Of a DNA stretch of 64,000 nucleotides, positions 16,963 to 26,826 are shown piece by piece. The notes under the pieces were generated by a model. It was not told where the DNA came from, did not search any database, and saw only the letters and a list, made by a program, of their open reading frames with translations. Source of the stretch: an uncultured bacterium (GTDB lineage: Bacteria > Omnitrophota > Omnitrophia > Omnitrophales > Abzuiibacteriaceae); assembly GCA_964387845.1 (NCBI GenBank), contig CAYLXA010000010.1:32001-96000 (forward strand), given 5' to 3'. Both the position numbers and the translations under genes were made by a program. How positions within the stretch are numbered: position 1 is the stretch's first letter; every line of letters begins with the position of its first letter.

Positions 16963-17532
16963 TCAAATATCCTTCGACGCGGTATAAATAATGCAGGTGA
17001 TGACAACCAGCGCCGAAAGAACAAGGCGAGCGACAACATGCTGATTAAACGCATACCCATGATGATCAAATTCCAATTGAACGGACTTTCCGTCAAACTG
17101 GATGGTCTCCGGTTTTTCCGATTCCATTTCAACTTCAATGCCGCCGGCCAAAACACCGTAATAAGTTTTGCCGATTCCGGTTCCTACAATTACCGCGATT
17201 AAAATAGCACCAAAGACCCAGGCATTAAGCACTTGCTTGCGCCGAACCTGGCGGGCTTGTTCTTCCAAAATCGCTTTGTCGGCCAGCGCGCGCGATGCAG
17301 CGGCGGTTTTGATGGCTTTTTCGCGGAACCAATTGACGTCTTCCAGCGTTTTGGCTTCGTCAACAAACTTAATAAATTCTTCAAGCCGCTCCCTCTTCAC
17401 TTCGTCCGTTTCAGTTTCGACAAACCGGTGGAATGCGGCTTTGGCTTCGGGAAGCGCGATTTCCTCTTGGGATTGGAACTCTTTTTTCCGGTCTCGGGCA
17501 AGCTTCTCTATATCAGAATCTTCGGGGTCCAT
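16963..17532 (-). CDS. Hypothetical protein with a charged coiled-coil N-terminal region and a C-terminal TM helix
   Basis: 189-aa ORF with the TM segment VFGAILIAVIVGTGIG. No recognisable family. Confidence 0.45.
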   Translation of the reverse strand: MDPEDSDIEKLARDRKKEFQSQEEIALPEAKAAFHRFVETETDEVKRERLEEFIKFVDEAKTLEDVNWFREKAIKTAAASRALADKAILEEQARQVRRKQVLNAWVFGAILIAVIVGTGIGKTYYGVLAGGIEVEMESEKPETIQFDGKSVQLEFDHHGYAFNQHVVARLVLSALVVITCIIYTASKDI

Positions 17533-17546
17533 ACACTACTTATCGG

Positions 17547-18242
17547 CTAGTGCGCTACTTTTTTCCAATCATCCAAAATTCGGCATTGGTGGCCGAATTT
17601 AATGATACGCGTCGCGATTTTCTCGATAAAGACAGGCTCGTGCGTCACAATCAGCATCGTGAGGCCGTCTTTGGCAAGGTCCGACATCACTTTGACGATT
17701 TCTTCCTTCATTTCGGGATCAAGACTGGAGGTCGGCTCATCAAACAGGACCGCTTTCGGATGCATGGCAAGCGCTCTTGCGATTCCGACGCGCTGCTGCT
17801 GGCCGCCTGAAAGTGATTGTGGATGTGCGGCTGCTTTTTGCTCCAAGCCGACGTGTTTAAGTAATTTCAGTGCATTTTCGCGGGCTTGCTCCGGATGTTC
17901 TTTCAATACTTGGATTGGACCGATCGTGAGATTTTCAAGCACTGTGAGATGCGGAAACAAATTAAAAAACTGAAACACAAATCCCAACCGCTCGCGGACC
18001 GATTTTATTTTTAGTTTTTCTTTGCGGACATCCATATCGGCATAAAGCTCGACATCGCCTACGCTCACCGTGCCCTGCTGAAATGGTTCTAAATATGTGA
18101 GGCAGCGCAGAAAAGTGCTTTTCCCGACACCGGACGGGCCTTTGAAAACGATGACGTCACCTTCATCCACCGTCAAATTTAAATCTTTGACGACCTCGTG
18201 ATTCCCGTAAAATTTGGAGAGATTCTTAACTTCGATGCGCAT
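17547..18242 (-). CDS. Amino-acid ABC transporter ATP-binding protein (GlnQ/HisP-like)
   Basis: Walker A GPSGVGKST, signature LSGGQQQRVGIARAL and Walker B VLFDEPTSSLD are all present. Confidence 0.9.
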   Translation of the reverse strand: MRIEVKNLSKFYGNHEVVKDLNLTVDEGDVIVFKGPSGVGKSTFLRCLTYLEPFQQGTVSVGDVELYADMDVRKEKLKIKSVRERLGFVFQFFNLFPHLTVLENLTIGPIQVLKEHPEQARENALKLLKHVGLEQKAAAHPQSLSGGQQQRVGIARALAMHPKAVLFDEPTSSLDPEMKEEIVKVMSDLAKDGLTMLIVTHEPVFIEKIATRIIKFGHQCRILDDWKKVAH

Positions 18243-19692
18243 TCTGCCTCCTCTCCAACGAACGAGACCAAAGTGACAGCGGAAAACTCATCAGAAAATA
18301 TAAAAGCGCGGTCAGCAATCCAAGTTCCAGAAAGCGGTAAGTGGTTGTCGCGGCCTGTGAATATGCGCGCGTGAGTTCCGTTACAGTGATGATCGAAACA
18401 AGCGATGTGTCTTTGAAAAGCGCGATAAAATCATTGGTGCTGGGCGGCAGCGAAATCCGGAATGCCTGCGGGACAATAATAAAGCGCAAACTTTGCCGGG
18501 TATTCATACCGAGCGATCTTGCGGCCTCATCCTGGCCCTTAGGAACGGATAAAAGCCCCGCACGATAGATTTCAGCCTCGTAAGCCGCATAATTAAGCCC
18601 CAGGCCCAGCAGGGCTGCCACAAAGGCATTCAGCTGAATCCCCAAATTCGGGAGCCCATAATAGAGCAAATAAAGCTGAATCAAAAGTGGCGTTCCGCGA
18701 ATTACCTCTATATAGGCATTACAAAAATAACGGACTGGTTTTACGCCGTACACTTTTCCGATACAAAGCAAAAATCCCACAAAAACCGCGAGCGCCATCG
18801 AAAACACCGACAAAACAACGGTCACCGCAGCGCCTTTTAAAATGAGCGGGATGAATCGCGAAATGGAATGAGTTTCGCTCAGACGTTTTGAATCGGGCAC
18901 AGTGCTTTGTTTTAATTTCTCCTGATTCGCCGTCCACATGTTCCATTTCTTGTAAATGGCTTCGAGCTCTCCGGATTCGATTAAGCTATGCAAAGCTTCA
19001 TTCATTTTTTCTCTCAAAATCGGAGAATCTTTTCGGATACCGCCCGCGTAAATTCCTTCGCTTATCGGTTCGCCGACATTTTGGAGAGCAGGATTTGGCG
19101 TTACATAAAACGCTGCAATCGGCACATCCATCAAAACCGCATCAATGCGGCCGATTTCGAGATCTTTGTACGCTTCCACAGGCGACGGATACGGAACGAC
19201 CGTGATTTTTCTTTCTTCTTCCAAAATATTTTGCGCGAGTGATGCAGAAAGTGTTCCGGCTTTTTTCCCGTGAAGCGCCTCAAGCGTATTTAAATCGGAA
19301 TTTTCTTTGCGGGTTGAGATTTGTTCGGAGAAATAATAATAAGGAATGGTGAAATCGACGGATTCTTGGCGGTCTTTCGTGATTTCTAAGCCGTTAAAGG
19401 CAATGTCGAAATCGTTCCTGAGGAGCGCAGGCACCAATTGATCCCACGGAAGCTTGACCAGTTTGGACTGAACACTCAACTTCTGCGCAACCGCCTCCAT
19501 GATCTCAACTTCGAAGCCGATGATTTTTTCCGGATTTTTGACGTCCGGAAAAACAAATGGCGCGCCGCCTGCATCATCCGCGCCCCAGCGAAGTTCGCCG
19601 GTTCGTTCGACGCGGTCCCAGGCCTCATCTGCCCGGAGAGACGGGATCTGCAAAAAAAAGAGGAGAAAAACCGGCCAAATCCATTTTTTCAT
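18226..19692 (-). CDS. Fused periplasmic amino-acid-binding domain plus ABC permease (His/Glu/Gln/Arg/opine family)
   Basis: An N-terminal signal peptide and SBP-like domain are followed by 5-6 TM helices carrying the EAA-type loop GLNYAAYEAEIYRAG. Confidence 0.85.
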   Translation of the reverse strand: MKKWIWPVFLLFFLQIPSLRADEAWDRVERTGELRWGADDAGGAPFVFPDVKNPEKIIGFEVEIMEAVAQKLSVQSKLVKLPWDQLVPALLRNDFDIAFNGLEITKDRQESVDFTIPYYYFSEQISTRKENSDLNTLEALHGKKAGTLSASLAQNILEEERKITVVPYPSPVEAYKDLEIGRIDAVLMDVPIAAFYVTPNPALQNVGEPISEGIYAGGIRKDSPILREKMNEALHSLIESGELEAIYKKWNMWTANQEKLKQSTVPDSKRLSETHSISRFIPLILKGAAVTVVLSVFSMALAVFVGFLLCIGKVYGVKPVRYFCNAYIEVIRGTPLLIQLYLLYYGLPNLGIQLNAFVAALLGLGLNYAAYEAEIYRAGLLSVPKGQDEAARSLGMNTRQSLRFIIVPQAFRISLPPSTNDFIALFKDTSLVSIITVTELTRAYSQAATTTYRFLELGLLTALLYFLMSFPLSLWSRSLERRQNAHRS

Positions 19693-19701
19693 GGGGGAAT
19701 G

Positions 19702-20436
19702 TTAATATTTTACGGTCAGTAAAGTCAAGCCATGCGCAGGCGCTGTCGGGCCGATGTGGCGGCGGTCTTTAGCTTTCAAAATTTCTTCAAACTGTTTCAC
19801 GCTCAATTTTCCGGTTCCGACCATGATGAGTGTACCGACAAAATTCCGGACCATATTGTATAGAAAGCCGTTTCCTTCCACGAGAAAACGGATCTCATAA
19901 TCATGTTGAATGATGCTGAATTGCTTAATCGTGCGGACAGAATCGCGGCCGTCAGCTTTTGCCTGAAACGACCTGAAATCGTGTTTTCCGACAATTAATT
20001 TTGCGGCTTTTTTCATGGCCGTCACATCCAAAGGATGCGGAAAATGATAGTGTGTCAGGCGTTTTAAAGCAGAGCGGCTGGAGCGGTTCCAAATCAAATA
20101 CTGATAAACTTTCGTTTTGGCTGAGAAGCGCGCCGAAAAACCGGCCGGCATTTCCTGGACAAACTCAGCCGATAAATCCGGCGGCAAATACGTGTTGAGT
20201 GCGCGGTGAATATTGTAGACAGGAATTTCTGAATTGGTTTTAAAATTAACGACTTGGCCTTTGGCGTGAACGCCGGCATCCGTGCGTCCGCTGGCAGCCG
20301 AAATTTTCAGGGATTTCTTGAAAATTTGCTTCAAAGCTTTTTCGAGTTCGGATTGAACCGTGCGCCGCCCGGGCTGTTTCTGAAAACCCGAAAATTTGGC
20401 GCCATCATACTCGAGGATAAGCTTGATGTTTCGCAT
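19702..20436 (-). CDS. truA: tRNA pseudouridine(38-40) synthase TruA
   Basis: MRNIKLILEYDGAKFSGFQKQ...RTDAGVHAKGQVVNF shows typical TruA motifs, including the catalytic Asp in RTDAGVHA. Confidence 0.9.
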   Translation of the reverse strand: MRNIKLILEYDGAKFSGFQKQPGRRTVQSELEKALKQIFKKSLKISAASGRTDAGVHAKGQVVNFKTNSEIPVYNIHRALNTYLPPDLSAEFVQEMPAGFSARFSAKTKVYQYLIWNRSSRSALKRLTHYHFPHPLDVTAMKKAAKLIVGKHDFRSFQAKADGRDSVRTIKQFSIIQHDYEIRFLVEGNGFLYNMVRNFVGTLIMVGTGKLSVKQFEEILKAKDRRHIGPTAPAHGLTLLTVKY

Positions 20437-20488
20437 TTTTTGTGACTCGTGGTTCGCGAATCGTGAATCGATGCACGAATCACTAAGT

Positions 20489-21580
20489 TTATCGAATTAG
20501 GTATTCGGCGATTTGAACGGCATTGAGCGCGGCGCCTTTGCGGAGCTGATCACCCGCCACAAACATCGCGAGGCCGTTTGGATTGGACATGTCCTCGCGA
20601 ATCCGGCCGACCAAAACATCATCGCCGCCTGAAGCGTCAAAAGGCATCGGGAAGAGATTTTTTTCACGGTCGTCAACCAGCTTCACGCCTTTTGCTCTTT
20701 TTAGAATTTCACGCGCTTCATCCGGCGACATTTTCTTGGAGAATTCGAGAACGATGGATTCCGCATGCGCACGAAAAACCGGTACACGGATACAAGTCGG
20801 GCAAATTTGAATATCCGGAGCGTTCAAAATCTTCCGGGATTCTTCAACCACTTTATTTTCTTCTTCGTTGTAGCCGTTCGCAGCAACCTGTGTGTTGTGC
20901 GAAAAAAGATTAAACGCGATTTGATGCATGAATGCTTCACGCTTGAGCGCCTTTCCCTGCCGGACTTCTTTTGCGGCTGATTCGATATTTTCTAAAATAT
21001 CCGAATTTTTCTGAGACTTTACGCGCTGCAAGAACTCCTCGGTCTGCGTAAAAAGTTCGCGCATCGCATTTCCGCCCGCGCCGCTCGTGGATTGATAAGT
21101 CGACACCAAAATGCGCTTCACGGGATTTGCTTTGTGAAGCGGCGCTACGGCCATCAACATAATGATCGCTGAGCAATTGGGATTTGCGATGATTTGGCTT
21201 TTATATTTCTCAATATCGGAGCCGTTAATTTCGGGAACCACGAGCGGGATCTTGGGATCCATGCGGAAAGCACTCGTATTGTCCACAATCATACAGCCGG
21301 CTTTAATCGCATGAGGCGAAAATTGTTTGCTGACAGTTTTTCCGGGACTTGAAAGGATGATATCAATGCCTTCGTAACCTTTTGAATCCATCGGCAGTTC
21401 TTCGGCGGCGACTTTTTTGCCGTTAAAGTCGAGAGACACGCCTTTCGATTTGGAAGAACCGAAAATCCGCAAGTTATCGACCGGAAATTTGCGCTCTTCA
21501 AGAATGTGGCGAAGTTCCGAACCCACCGCGCCACGCGCACCGACAATGGCGACATTGTATTTTGATTTTTTCTTTAACAT
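20489..21580 (-). CDS. asd: Aspartate-semialdehyde dehydrogenase
   Basis: NVAIVGARGAVGSE (NAD-binding) and the NPNCSAIIM active-site Cys region are present. The ATG at 21580 (MLKKKSKYNVAIVGA) is preceded by GGAG. Confidence 0.9.
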   Translation of the reverse strand: MLKKKSKYNVAIVGARGAVGSELRHILEERKFPVDNLRIFGSSKSKGVSLDFNGKKVAAEELPMDSKGYEGIDIILSSPGKTVSKQFSPHAIKAGCMIVDNTSAFRMDPKIPLVVPEINGSDIEKYKSQIIANPNCSAIIMLMAVAPLHKANPVKRILVSTYQSTSGAGGNAMRELFTQTEEFLQRVKSQKNSDILENIESAAKEVRQGKALKREAFMHQIAFNLFSHNTQVAANGYNEEENKVVEESRKILNAPDIQICPTCIRVPVFRAHAESIVLEFSKKMSPDEAREILKRAKGVKLVDDREKNLFPMPFDASGGDDVLVGRIREDMSNPNGLAMFVAGDQLRKGAALNAVQIAEYLIR

Positions 21581-21592
21581 GATTTTAGAGCT

Positions 21593-21666
21593 CCAAGCTA
21601 CAAGCTGCATGCTACAAGCTGTACAATCTTCAAAAACTTGAAGCCTGAAGCTTGTAGCCTGTGGCG
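21593..21666. repeat. Palindromic intergenic repeat (CAAGCTACAAGCTGCA ... CTTGAAGCCTGAAGCTTGTAGCCTG) between leuB and asd; same family as 53138..53210
   Basis: The arms gctacaagctg and cagcttgtagc are inverted. The 3' arm is nearly identical to the reverse complement of gctacaagctgcaagcttcaggcttcaag at 53141-53170. Confidence 0.6.
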
Positions 21667-21667
21667 A

Positions 21668-22741
21668 TTATTTTGTTATTCGTTCACAAACCAATTTTCC
21701 CATTTCCTGACAACCAACCAGTTTCATTCCTTCACTAAAAATATCTGCGGTGCGGTAACCGTCGTCTAAAACTTTCTTCACAGCCGCTTCAACGTGAAGT
21801 GCCAAATCATTCAAGTCAAATGAATATCGGAGCATCATCGCGCACGACAAAATCGTCGCGAGCGGATTGGCTTTGTCTTTACCGGCAATATCCGGCGCAG
21901 AGCCATGAACCGGCTCATAAAGCGCGTGATGATCACCGATGCTGGCTGACGCGAGCATGCCGATTGAGCCGGTGAGCATGGATGCTTCGTCGCTCAAAAT
22001 ATCGCCGAAGAGATTCGTGGTCACGATCACGTCGAATTGTTTGGGATCGCGGACAAGCTGCATCGCGCAATTGTCCACATACATGTGTGACAACTGGACA
22101 TCCGGAAACCGTTTTCCGAGCTGCATGACGACTTTGCGCCAAAGTGCGCTTGATTCTAAAACGTTTGCTTTGTCGACGGAACAAACTTTGCGTTTGCGTT
22201 TGCGCGCAAGCTGAAATGCTCTTTGCGCAATCCGTTCAATCTCCGAAGTGGAATATACTTCGGTATTGAATCCTTTTTCCGAACCGTCTGAATTTTTCTC
22301 GATTCCTTTCGGCTTTCCAAAATAAATGCCGCCTGTGAGTTCGCGCACAACCATGATATCGGTTCCGCGCACCACATCCGGCTTCAAAGTAGAAGCAGAA
22401 ATCAGGCTGTCGTAAATCATCGCCGGGCGGAGATTGGCGTAAAGCCCGAGTCCGCTGCGGATACCGAGAAGGCCCGCTTCGGGCTTTTTATCGTGTTCCA
22501 AATTTTCCCATTTAGGGCCGCCGACCGCACCGAGCAAAACGGCGTCTAAATCTTTCGCCACTTTTAAAGTTTCATCCGGCAAAGGAATTCCAAACTGATC
22601 GATCGCAACACCGCCGATCAAAGCTTCCTTGAATTCGAAGTTCAGGTGAAACGTTGAAGCCACATGCTTCAAAATTTTCACGCCAACTTGTACGACTTCT
22701 GGCCCGATTCCATCGCCCGGGAGAGCAAGCACTTTATACAT
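21668..22741 (-). CDS. leuB: 3-isopropylmalate dehydrogenase
   Basis: [17 protein letters not shown]... and the [20 protein letters not shown] signature identify it. Confidence 0.95.
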   Translation of the reverse strand: MYKVLALPGDGIGPEVVQVGVKILKHVASTFHLNFEFKEALIGGVAIDQFGIPLPDETLKVAKDLDAVLLGAVGGPKWENLEHDKKPEAGLLGIRSGLGLYANLRPAMIYDSLISASTLKPDVVRGTDIMVVRELTGGIYFGKPKGIEKNSDGSEKGFNTEVYSTSEIERIAQRAFQLARKRKRKVCSVDKANVLESSALWRKVVMQLGKRFPDVQLSHMYVDNCAMQLVRDPKQFDVIVTTNLFGDILSDEASMLTGSIGMLASASIGDHHALYEPVHGSAPDIAGKDKANPLATILSCAMMLRYSFDLNDLALHVEAAVKKVLDDGYRTADIFSEGMKLVGCQEMGKLVCERITK

Positions 22742-22742
22742 A

Positions 22743-22772
22743 GGGGTAAGGATTAAGGGGTAAGGGATAAGC
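22743..22772. repeat. Left inverted repeat (GGGGTAAGGATTAAGGGGTAAGGGATAAG) flanking the four-helix-bundle gene
   Basis: It is the reverse complement partner of 23176-23212 (cttaatccttacccctgaatccttaatccttaatcc). Confidence 0.6.
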
Positions 22773-23121
22773 TTTTGCGAAGTCCGGAAAGCATTCTTCC
22801 GATTTCGTTACAGTAGTTAATAAGCATTTCATAATGTTCATGATCAACATAATTTAAATCCCTGCTTAAAAGTAATAAATATTTGGTTTCTTCAAGTGAA
22901 GAATTCGACAAATTCAGAAAATGCAAATAATCTTTTGTACTTTTTCGTTTTTGTCCTTCTACAATGTTTGTGGCAATCGAAACTGTGCTTCTTCGTATTT
23001 GAGAAATAATTCCAAATTTTTCATCATTTGGAAAACGTTTCGTTAACTTATAAATTTCTAAAATTAAAGTGTGAGATTTTTGCCAAACTTTTAAATCTTG
23101 AAATGTTTCTATCCTATACAT
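22753..23121 (-). CDS. Four-helix-bundle protein (23S rRNA intervening-sequence protein family, TIGR02436/PF05635)
   Basis: The product [56 protein letters not shown] matches this family very closely. Confidence 0.85.
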   Translation of the reverse strand: MYRIETFQDLKVWQKSHTLILEIYKLTKRFPNDEKFGIISQIRRSTVSIATNIVEGQKRKSTKDYLHFLNLSNSSLEETKYLLLLSRDLNYVDHEHYEMLINYCNEIGRMLSGLRKSLSLTP

Positions 23122-23169
23122 ACACCCTCCATGAATTTTATTTGTTATTCGTGGAGGGAAATTGTTTTA

Positions 23170-23967
23170 CTACTTAATCCTTACCCCTGAATCCTTAATC
23201 CTTAATCCTTCTTGTGGGCTCGAGGCAACCGCGTAATCCTTAATAGGAATGCGGCCCGCCCAATAAGCCTTGCGGCCCGCAGAAACAGCTTCCTTCATGG
23301 CTTCTGCCATCAAAACCGGATTATCCGCGCAAGCGATTGCGGTATTCATCAAAACGCCGTCGGCGCCGAGCTCCATACAAACAGCCGCATCCGATGCGGT
23401 ACCAACACCGGCATCCACGATGACCGGAACCGACACAGCTTCTTTAATAAATTGAATGTTCAGGCGATTTTGGATTCCGCGGCCCGAACCAATCGGTGCC
23501 GCAAGAGGCATGACACACGCAGCGCCGGCTTCTTCCAATTTTTTCGCCACAACCAAATCATCCGTTGTGTAAGGCATCACCGTAAAACCCTCCTGAACTA
23601 AAATTTTTGTCGCTTCCAGAAGTGAAACCACGTCCGGCAAAAGTGTTTTTTTATCGCCAATCACTTCGAGTTTAACCAAATCACCAAACCCTGCAGCGCG
23701 CGCAAGCCGTGCGATCCTCAGAGCATCTTCTGTGTTATAAGCACCCGCCGTGTTCGGCAGGATTAAATATTTGCCCCGATCAATATAGTCTAAAAACGAT
23801 TTTTCGGCTTTGTTGCCAAGCGGAACGCGACCGATCGCGACCGTCACCATATCGCAGCCGGATGCTTCAAGCGATTGCGTCATATCATCAAACGTGCGGT
23901 ACTTGCCGCTGCCCGTGATGAGCCGTGATTTCAAAGTATATTTTCCGATTTTCAATTCATCGTTCAT
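23170..23967 (-). CDS. thiG: Thiazole synthase ThiG
   Basis: [29 protein letters not shown]...TVAIGRV follows the ThiG TIM-barrel pattern. The last ~10 codons (..[10 protein letters not shown]) are encoded by the inverted-repeat sequence. Confidence 0.9.
   Translation of the reverse strand: MNDELKIGKYTLKSRLITGSGKYRTFDDMTQSLEASGCDMVTVAIGRVPLGNKAEKSFLDYIDRGKYLILPNTAGAYNTEDALRIARLARAAGFGDLVKLEVIGDKKTLLPDVVSLLEATKILVQEGFTVMPYTTDDLVVAKKLEEAGAACVMPLAAPIGSGRGIQNRLNIQFIKEAVSVPVIVDAGVGTASDAAVCMELGADGVLMNTAIACADNPVLMAEAMKEAVSAGRKAYWAGRIPIKDYAVASSPQEGLRIKDSGVRIK
23176..23212. repeat. Right inverted repeat flanking the four-helix-bundle gene; overlaps the thiG 3' end
   Basis: AATCCTTA/GGGGTAAGG units inverted relative to 22743-22772. 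Confidence 0.6.
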
Positions 23968-25424
23968 TTCACACCAATCGATTTCCGTTCCACTTTTTGA
24001 TAAAGATCAACATACTTTTGTGCGCTGGTATGCCACGAAAAATCCTCTTTCAAGCCGTTTGCCATTAAAACCGACCACTGTTTTTGATCTTTGTAAAGTC
24101 TCGCCGCGCGGTGCATGGTCTGCAACAAAGCGTCCGGCGTGTAATCTGAAAATGAAAAGCCGTTTCCCTGCCCAGTTTTCGGGTCAAACTCAGAGACCGT
24201 ATCCGCAAGCCCGCCGACTTCGCGCACAAGAGGCACAGTTCCGTATCGAAATGAAATCATTTGCCCGAGCCCGCACGGTTCAAACCTGGACGGCAATAAA
24301 AATACATCGCAGCCGGCATAAATCCGCTTTGAAAGCGCAACATCAAAAGTAATATTGGATCGTATTGAGCCGGCATAGCGCTCTGAAACGCGGCGAAGAC
24401 GCTCCTGATAAGTCTCATCACCCGAACCAAGCAAAATAAGCTGCCAGCCTTCGCGCGCAATTTCTTCCAGAATCGGCTCCAAAAGATCGACGCCCTTTTG
24501 ATCCGTCAGCCGGCCCACAAATCCAAAAAGAGGCGCTTTTGAATCCTGTGCCAATCCGCTTTCTTTTTGGAGCGCGGTTTTGCAAGCTGACTTTTTCGCA
24601 ATTGATTTCGCATCAAAATTTTGCGCGATTTCCGGATCGTGCGCAGGGTCCCAGTCCGACAAATTGATGCCATTCAGGATCCCGTACAAATCATTTTTCC
24701 GTTCCGCCAAAACGCCTTCCATGCCGCAGCCGAATTCTTTTGTCTGAATTTCCTGGGCATAGCGTTCGCTGACGGTCGTCAAAACATCCGAATAAACGAG
24801 TCCGCCTTTCATAAAGCTAAGCTTTCCGTAAAATTCCAAACGGTCGTGCCGGAATTCATCCCACGAAATCCCGGTAGTTGAAATCGAGTCCGGCGGAAAA
24901 TTTCCCTGATACGCTAGATTGTGAATCGTAAAAACAGTTTTTGTGTTCGAGAAAAAGGGGTCTGCGCGGTACAGCGTTTTCAAAAACACCGGAACCAAAC
25001 CGCTTTGCCAGTCGTTGCAATGAATAATGTCCGGCCGGATTTTCAACTTTTTCATGGCCTCGAGCGACGCGCGCTCGAAAAACGCAAAACGTTTGTCGTT
25101 GTCCGGATAATCACCTTTGGGCGTCCCGTAAAGACCATCCCTATCAAAAAACGAAGGCTCATCAATCAAAAATACGTTGATTTGATCGAAGCGGGCCGAA
25201 AACACGCGGCCGGTTTCAACATCCGAACCCAGCGGAATGTGCAAAGGCTCATAAACTAATTTGAAGGGATGTTTCTGCTCCGAAATAATTTTATACTTGG
25301 GCAAAAAAACCGATACCGAGTGGCCGAGCTTTGCAATTTCGTGCGGTAAAGTTCCACCGATATCGCCTAACCCGCCCGTTTTGGCGAACGGCGTCATTTC
25401 TGAAACAACAAAGACAATTTCCAC
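23964..25424 (-). CDS. glgA: Glycogen (starch) synthase GlgA
   Basis: [27 protein letters not shown]... carries the KTGGL motif of the GT5 family. Confidence 0.9.
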   Translation of the reverse strand: MEIVFVVSEMTPFAKTGGLGDIGGTLPHEIAKLGHSVSVFLPKYKIISEQKHPFKLVYEPLHIPLGSDVETGRVFSARFDQINVFLIDEPSFFDRDGLYGTPKGDYPDNDKRFAFFERASLEAMKKLKIRPDIIHCNDWQSGLVPVFLKTLYRADPFFSNTKTVFTIHNLAYQGNFPPDSISTTGISWDEFRHDRLEFYGKLSFMKGGLVYSDVLTTVSERYAQEIQTKEFGCGMEGVLAERKNDLYGILNGINLSDWDPAHDPEIAQNFDAKSIAKKSACKTALQKESGLAQDSKAPLFGFVGRLTDQKGVDLLEPILEEIAREGWQLILLGSGDETYQERLRRVSERYAGSIRSNITFDVALSKRIYAGCDVFLLPSRFEPCGLGQMISFRYGTVPLVREVGGLADTVSEFDPKTGQGNGFSFSDYTPDALLQTMHRAARLYKDQKQWSVLMANGLKEDFSWHTSAQKYVDLYQKVERKSIGVK

Positions 25425-25519
25425 AGTTTTTCCTAATAACGATTGATGATAATGGGTTAACCGGTTAGTTCTTTAAAACGATGCGGTGAAGTTTCCAAAG
25501 CGGCTATATCAAACGCAAC

Positions 25520-25834
25520 TTATCGAACCTCGATAACGCAATTCCATGTACCAAAGTTGTTCGGAACAAATTCGGTCGATTTCGGATCGTTTTCCCAATT
25601 GCCGTCTACCAAGAACCGGTATTCATAACGGCCCGGTTTCAAATTTAAAACCAGTTTCCAATGCCCGTCGGCACCCCTCTTCAATTTGGCTTTCGACGAA
25701 TCCCAATTGTTAAATTCGCCTGCAATACAAACTTCGCCGGCAAACGGCGCATAAAATTCAAAGCTGACGGATTTTCCTAAGCTTTTATCATTCGATGAGT
25801 TACGACTATTTTTAACAGCAGTCCGGGTTGCCAT
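25520..25834 (-). CDS. CBM48 / glycogen-binding (E-set, isoamylase N-terminal-like) domain protein
   Basis: VSFEFYAPFAGEVCIAGEFNNWD...HWKLVLNLKPGRYEYRFLVDGNWENDP is the canonical AMPK-beta/CBM48 fold signature. Confidence 0.7.
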   Translation of the reverse strand: MATRTAVKNSRNSSNDKSLGKSVSFEFYAPFAGEVCIAGEFNNWDSSKAKLKRGADGHWKLVLNLKPGRYEYRFLVDGNWENDPKSTEFVPNNFGTWNCVIEVR

Positions 25835-25929
25835 AGGTACCTCCTGGTTTCAACAAAAGTTGAAGGCAGTATAGGACAATTTTTTGGAAGGTTCAAGGGC
25901 TATGAAGCAGCGGCGAATTTAAGAATAAA

Positions 25930-26826
25930 TCAGCGTTTTTCGACTTGTCCAATAAAGGATTTGAGATTTTCTTTGAAGGCGAGGTCAGACTCTACCGACT
26001 CCAGGCGCCTTAATTCGGATAAAAAATGAATAGCGGCATCCCCGGCTAAATTCAAGCCTTGAAGCGCTGTTTGGCGGAGCGCGATTGTATTTCTAGAGTC
26101 TTGGACTATTTTGATTAAATCCTGCGGATAATCGGGGATGCGGAGATAAACGCCTTTCATGACCATAAATCTCCTGAAATCGGAATTTTCAGACTGATTT
26201 AAAATCACGCTTTGATAAAGCTTGTGAATTTCTTCCGTTGCAACCCTGGTTTCTAAATAACCAATACATGCTCTCCGCATTACTATGGATTCATTTTTAT
26301 TGGCCAGGATTTTGCGCGCTAAATTGAGCACCTCGTCTTTCAGATCCTCGGCAAATCCGATCCGCTCAAGACAAGCAAGGCGAAGTTCGTCGGGTTCCGA
26401 AGAATTCTGGATGATCCGGAATATGGAAAATGTAATTTCTTCAGGATTTGCTTTCCATAAAATCGAAAGCGCGGATTTCCTGAATGCAATATCTCCGGAA
26501 CCTTCCAAAGAATCCCGGAGCGACGTTAACATTTTTTTATCAGCACTCGCCAGAATTTTTTCTTCCAGGTATGCGCGGAATAGCTTGGCTTCGTCGGTTG
26601 CTTTATCGATCTTTAGAGCTTCAAGGACAGCAGCCCGTCGCTCATCGGTCAAATCCGCCAATAATTCATCAATAACGGTTTTGCGCTTTTCAAGCAATGC
26701 ATCGTTGTTGTGGAGAATATACAGAAGCTGCTCTTCGGACATCTCTTCTTTGGCATGAGCAGAATGATTGAATGGCAGAATGCCGACCGCGCCGATAACC
26801 AAAAACAGCAATAAGATTCTTTTCAT
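25930..26826 (-). CDS. Hypothetical secreted protein (signal peptide, helical-repeat-like), last gene of the minor pilin cluster
   Basis: Signal peptide MKRILLLFLVIGAVGILPFNHSAHA. It is coupled to the upstream gene by a 1-nt overlap. Confidence 0.45.
   Translation of the reverse strand: MKRILLLFLVIGAVGILPFNHSAHAKEEMSEEQLLYILHNNDALLEKRKTVIDELLADLTDERRAAVLEALKIDKATDEAKLFRAYLEEKILASADKKMLTSLRDSLEGSGDIAFRKSALSILWKANPEEITFSIFRIIQNSSEPDELRLACLERIGFAEDLKDEVLNLARKILANKNESIVMRRACIGYLETRVATEEIHKLYQSVILNQSENSDFRRFMVMKGVYLRIPDYPQDLIKIVQDSRNTIALRQTALQGLNLAGDAAIHFLSELRRLESVESDLAFKENLKSFIGQVEKR

Noticed and set aside
15773-17602. Plus-strand ORFs 15773..16306, 16319..16660 and 17168..17602, and the minus-strand ORF 16914..17156.
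   Set aside because: They lie entirely antisense to or out of frame within well-supported genes (enolase-family epimerase, ABC ATPase, hypothetical 16963..17532) and have low-complexity composition.
22743-23215. Interpretation of the inverted-repeat-flanked four-helix-bundle cassette as an IS element.
   Set aside because: No transposase or integrase ORF is present here or anywhere in the window. It is described only as an inverted-repeat-flanked cassette.
23968-24100. Possible TPP riboswitch upstream of thiG.
   Set aside because: thiG overlaps the glgA stop by 4 nt, so there is no untranslated leader to hold a riboswitch. No TPP-box-like CUGAGA motif was seen.
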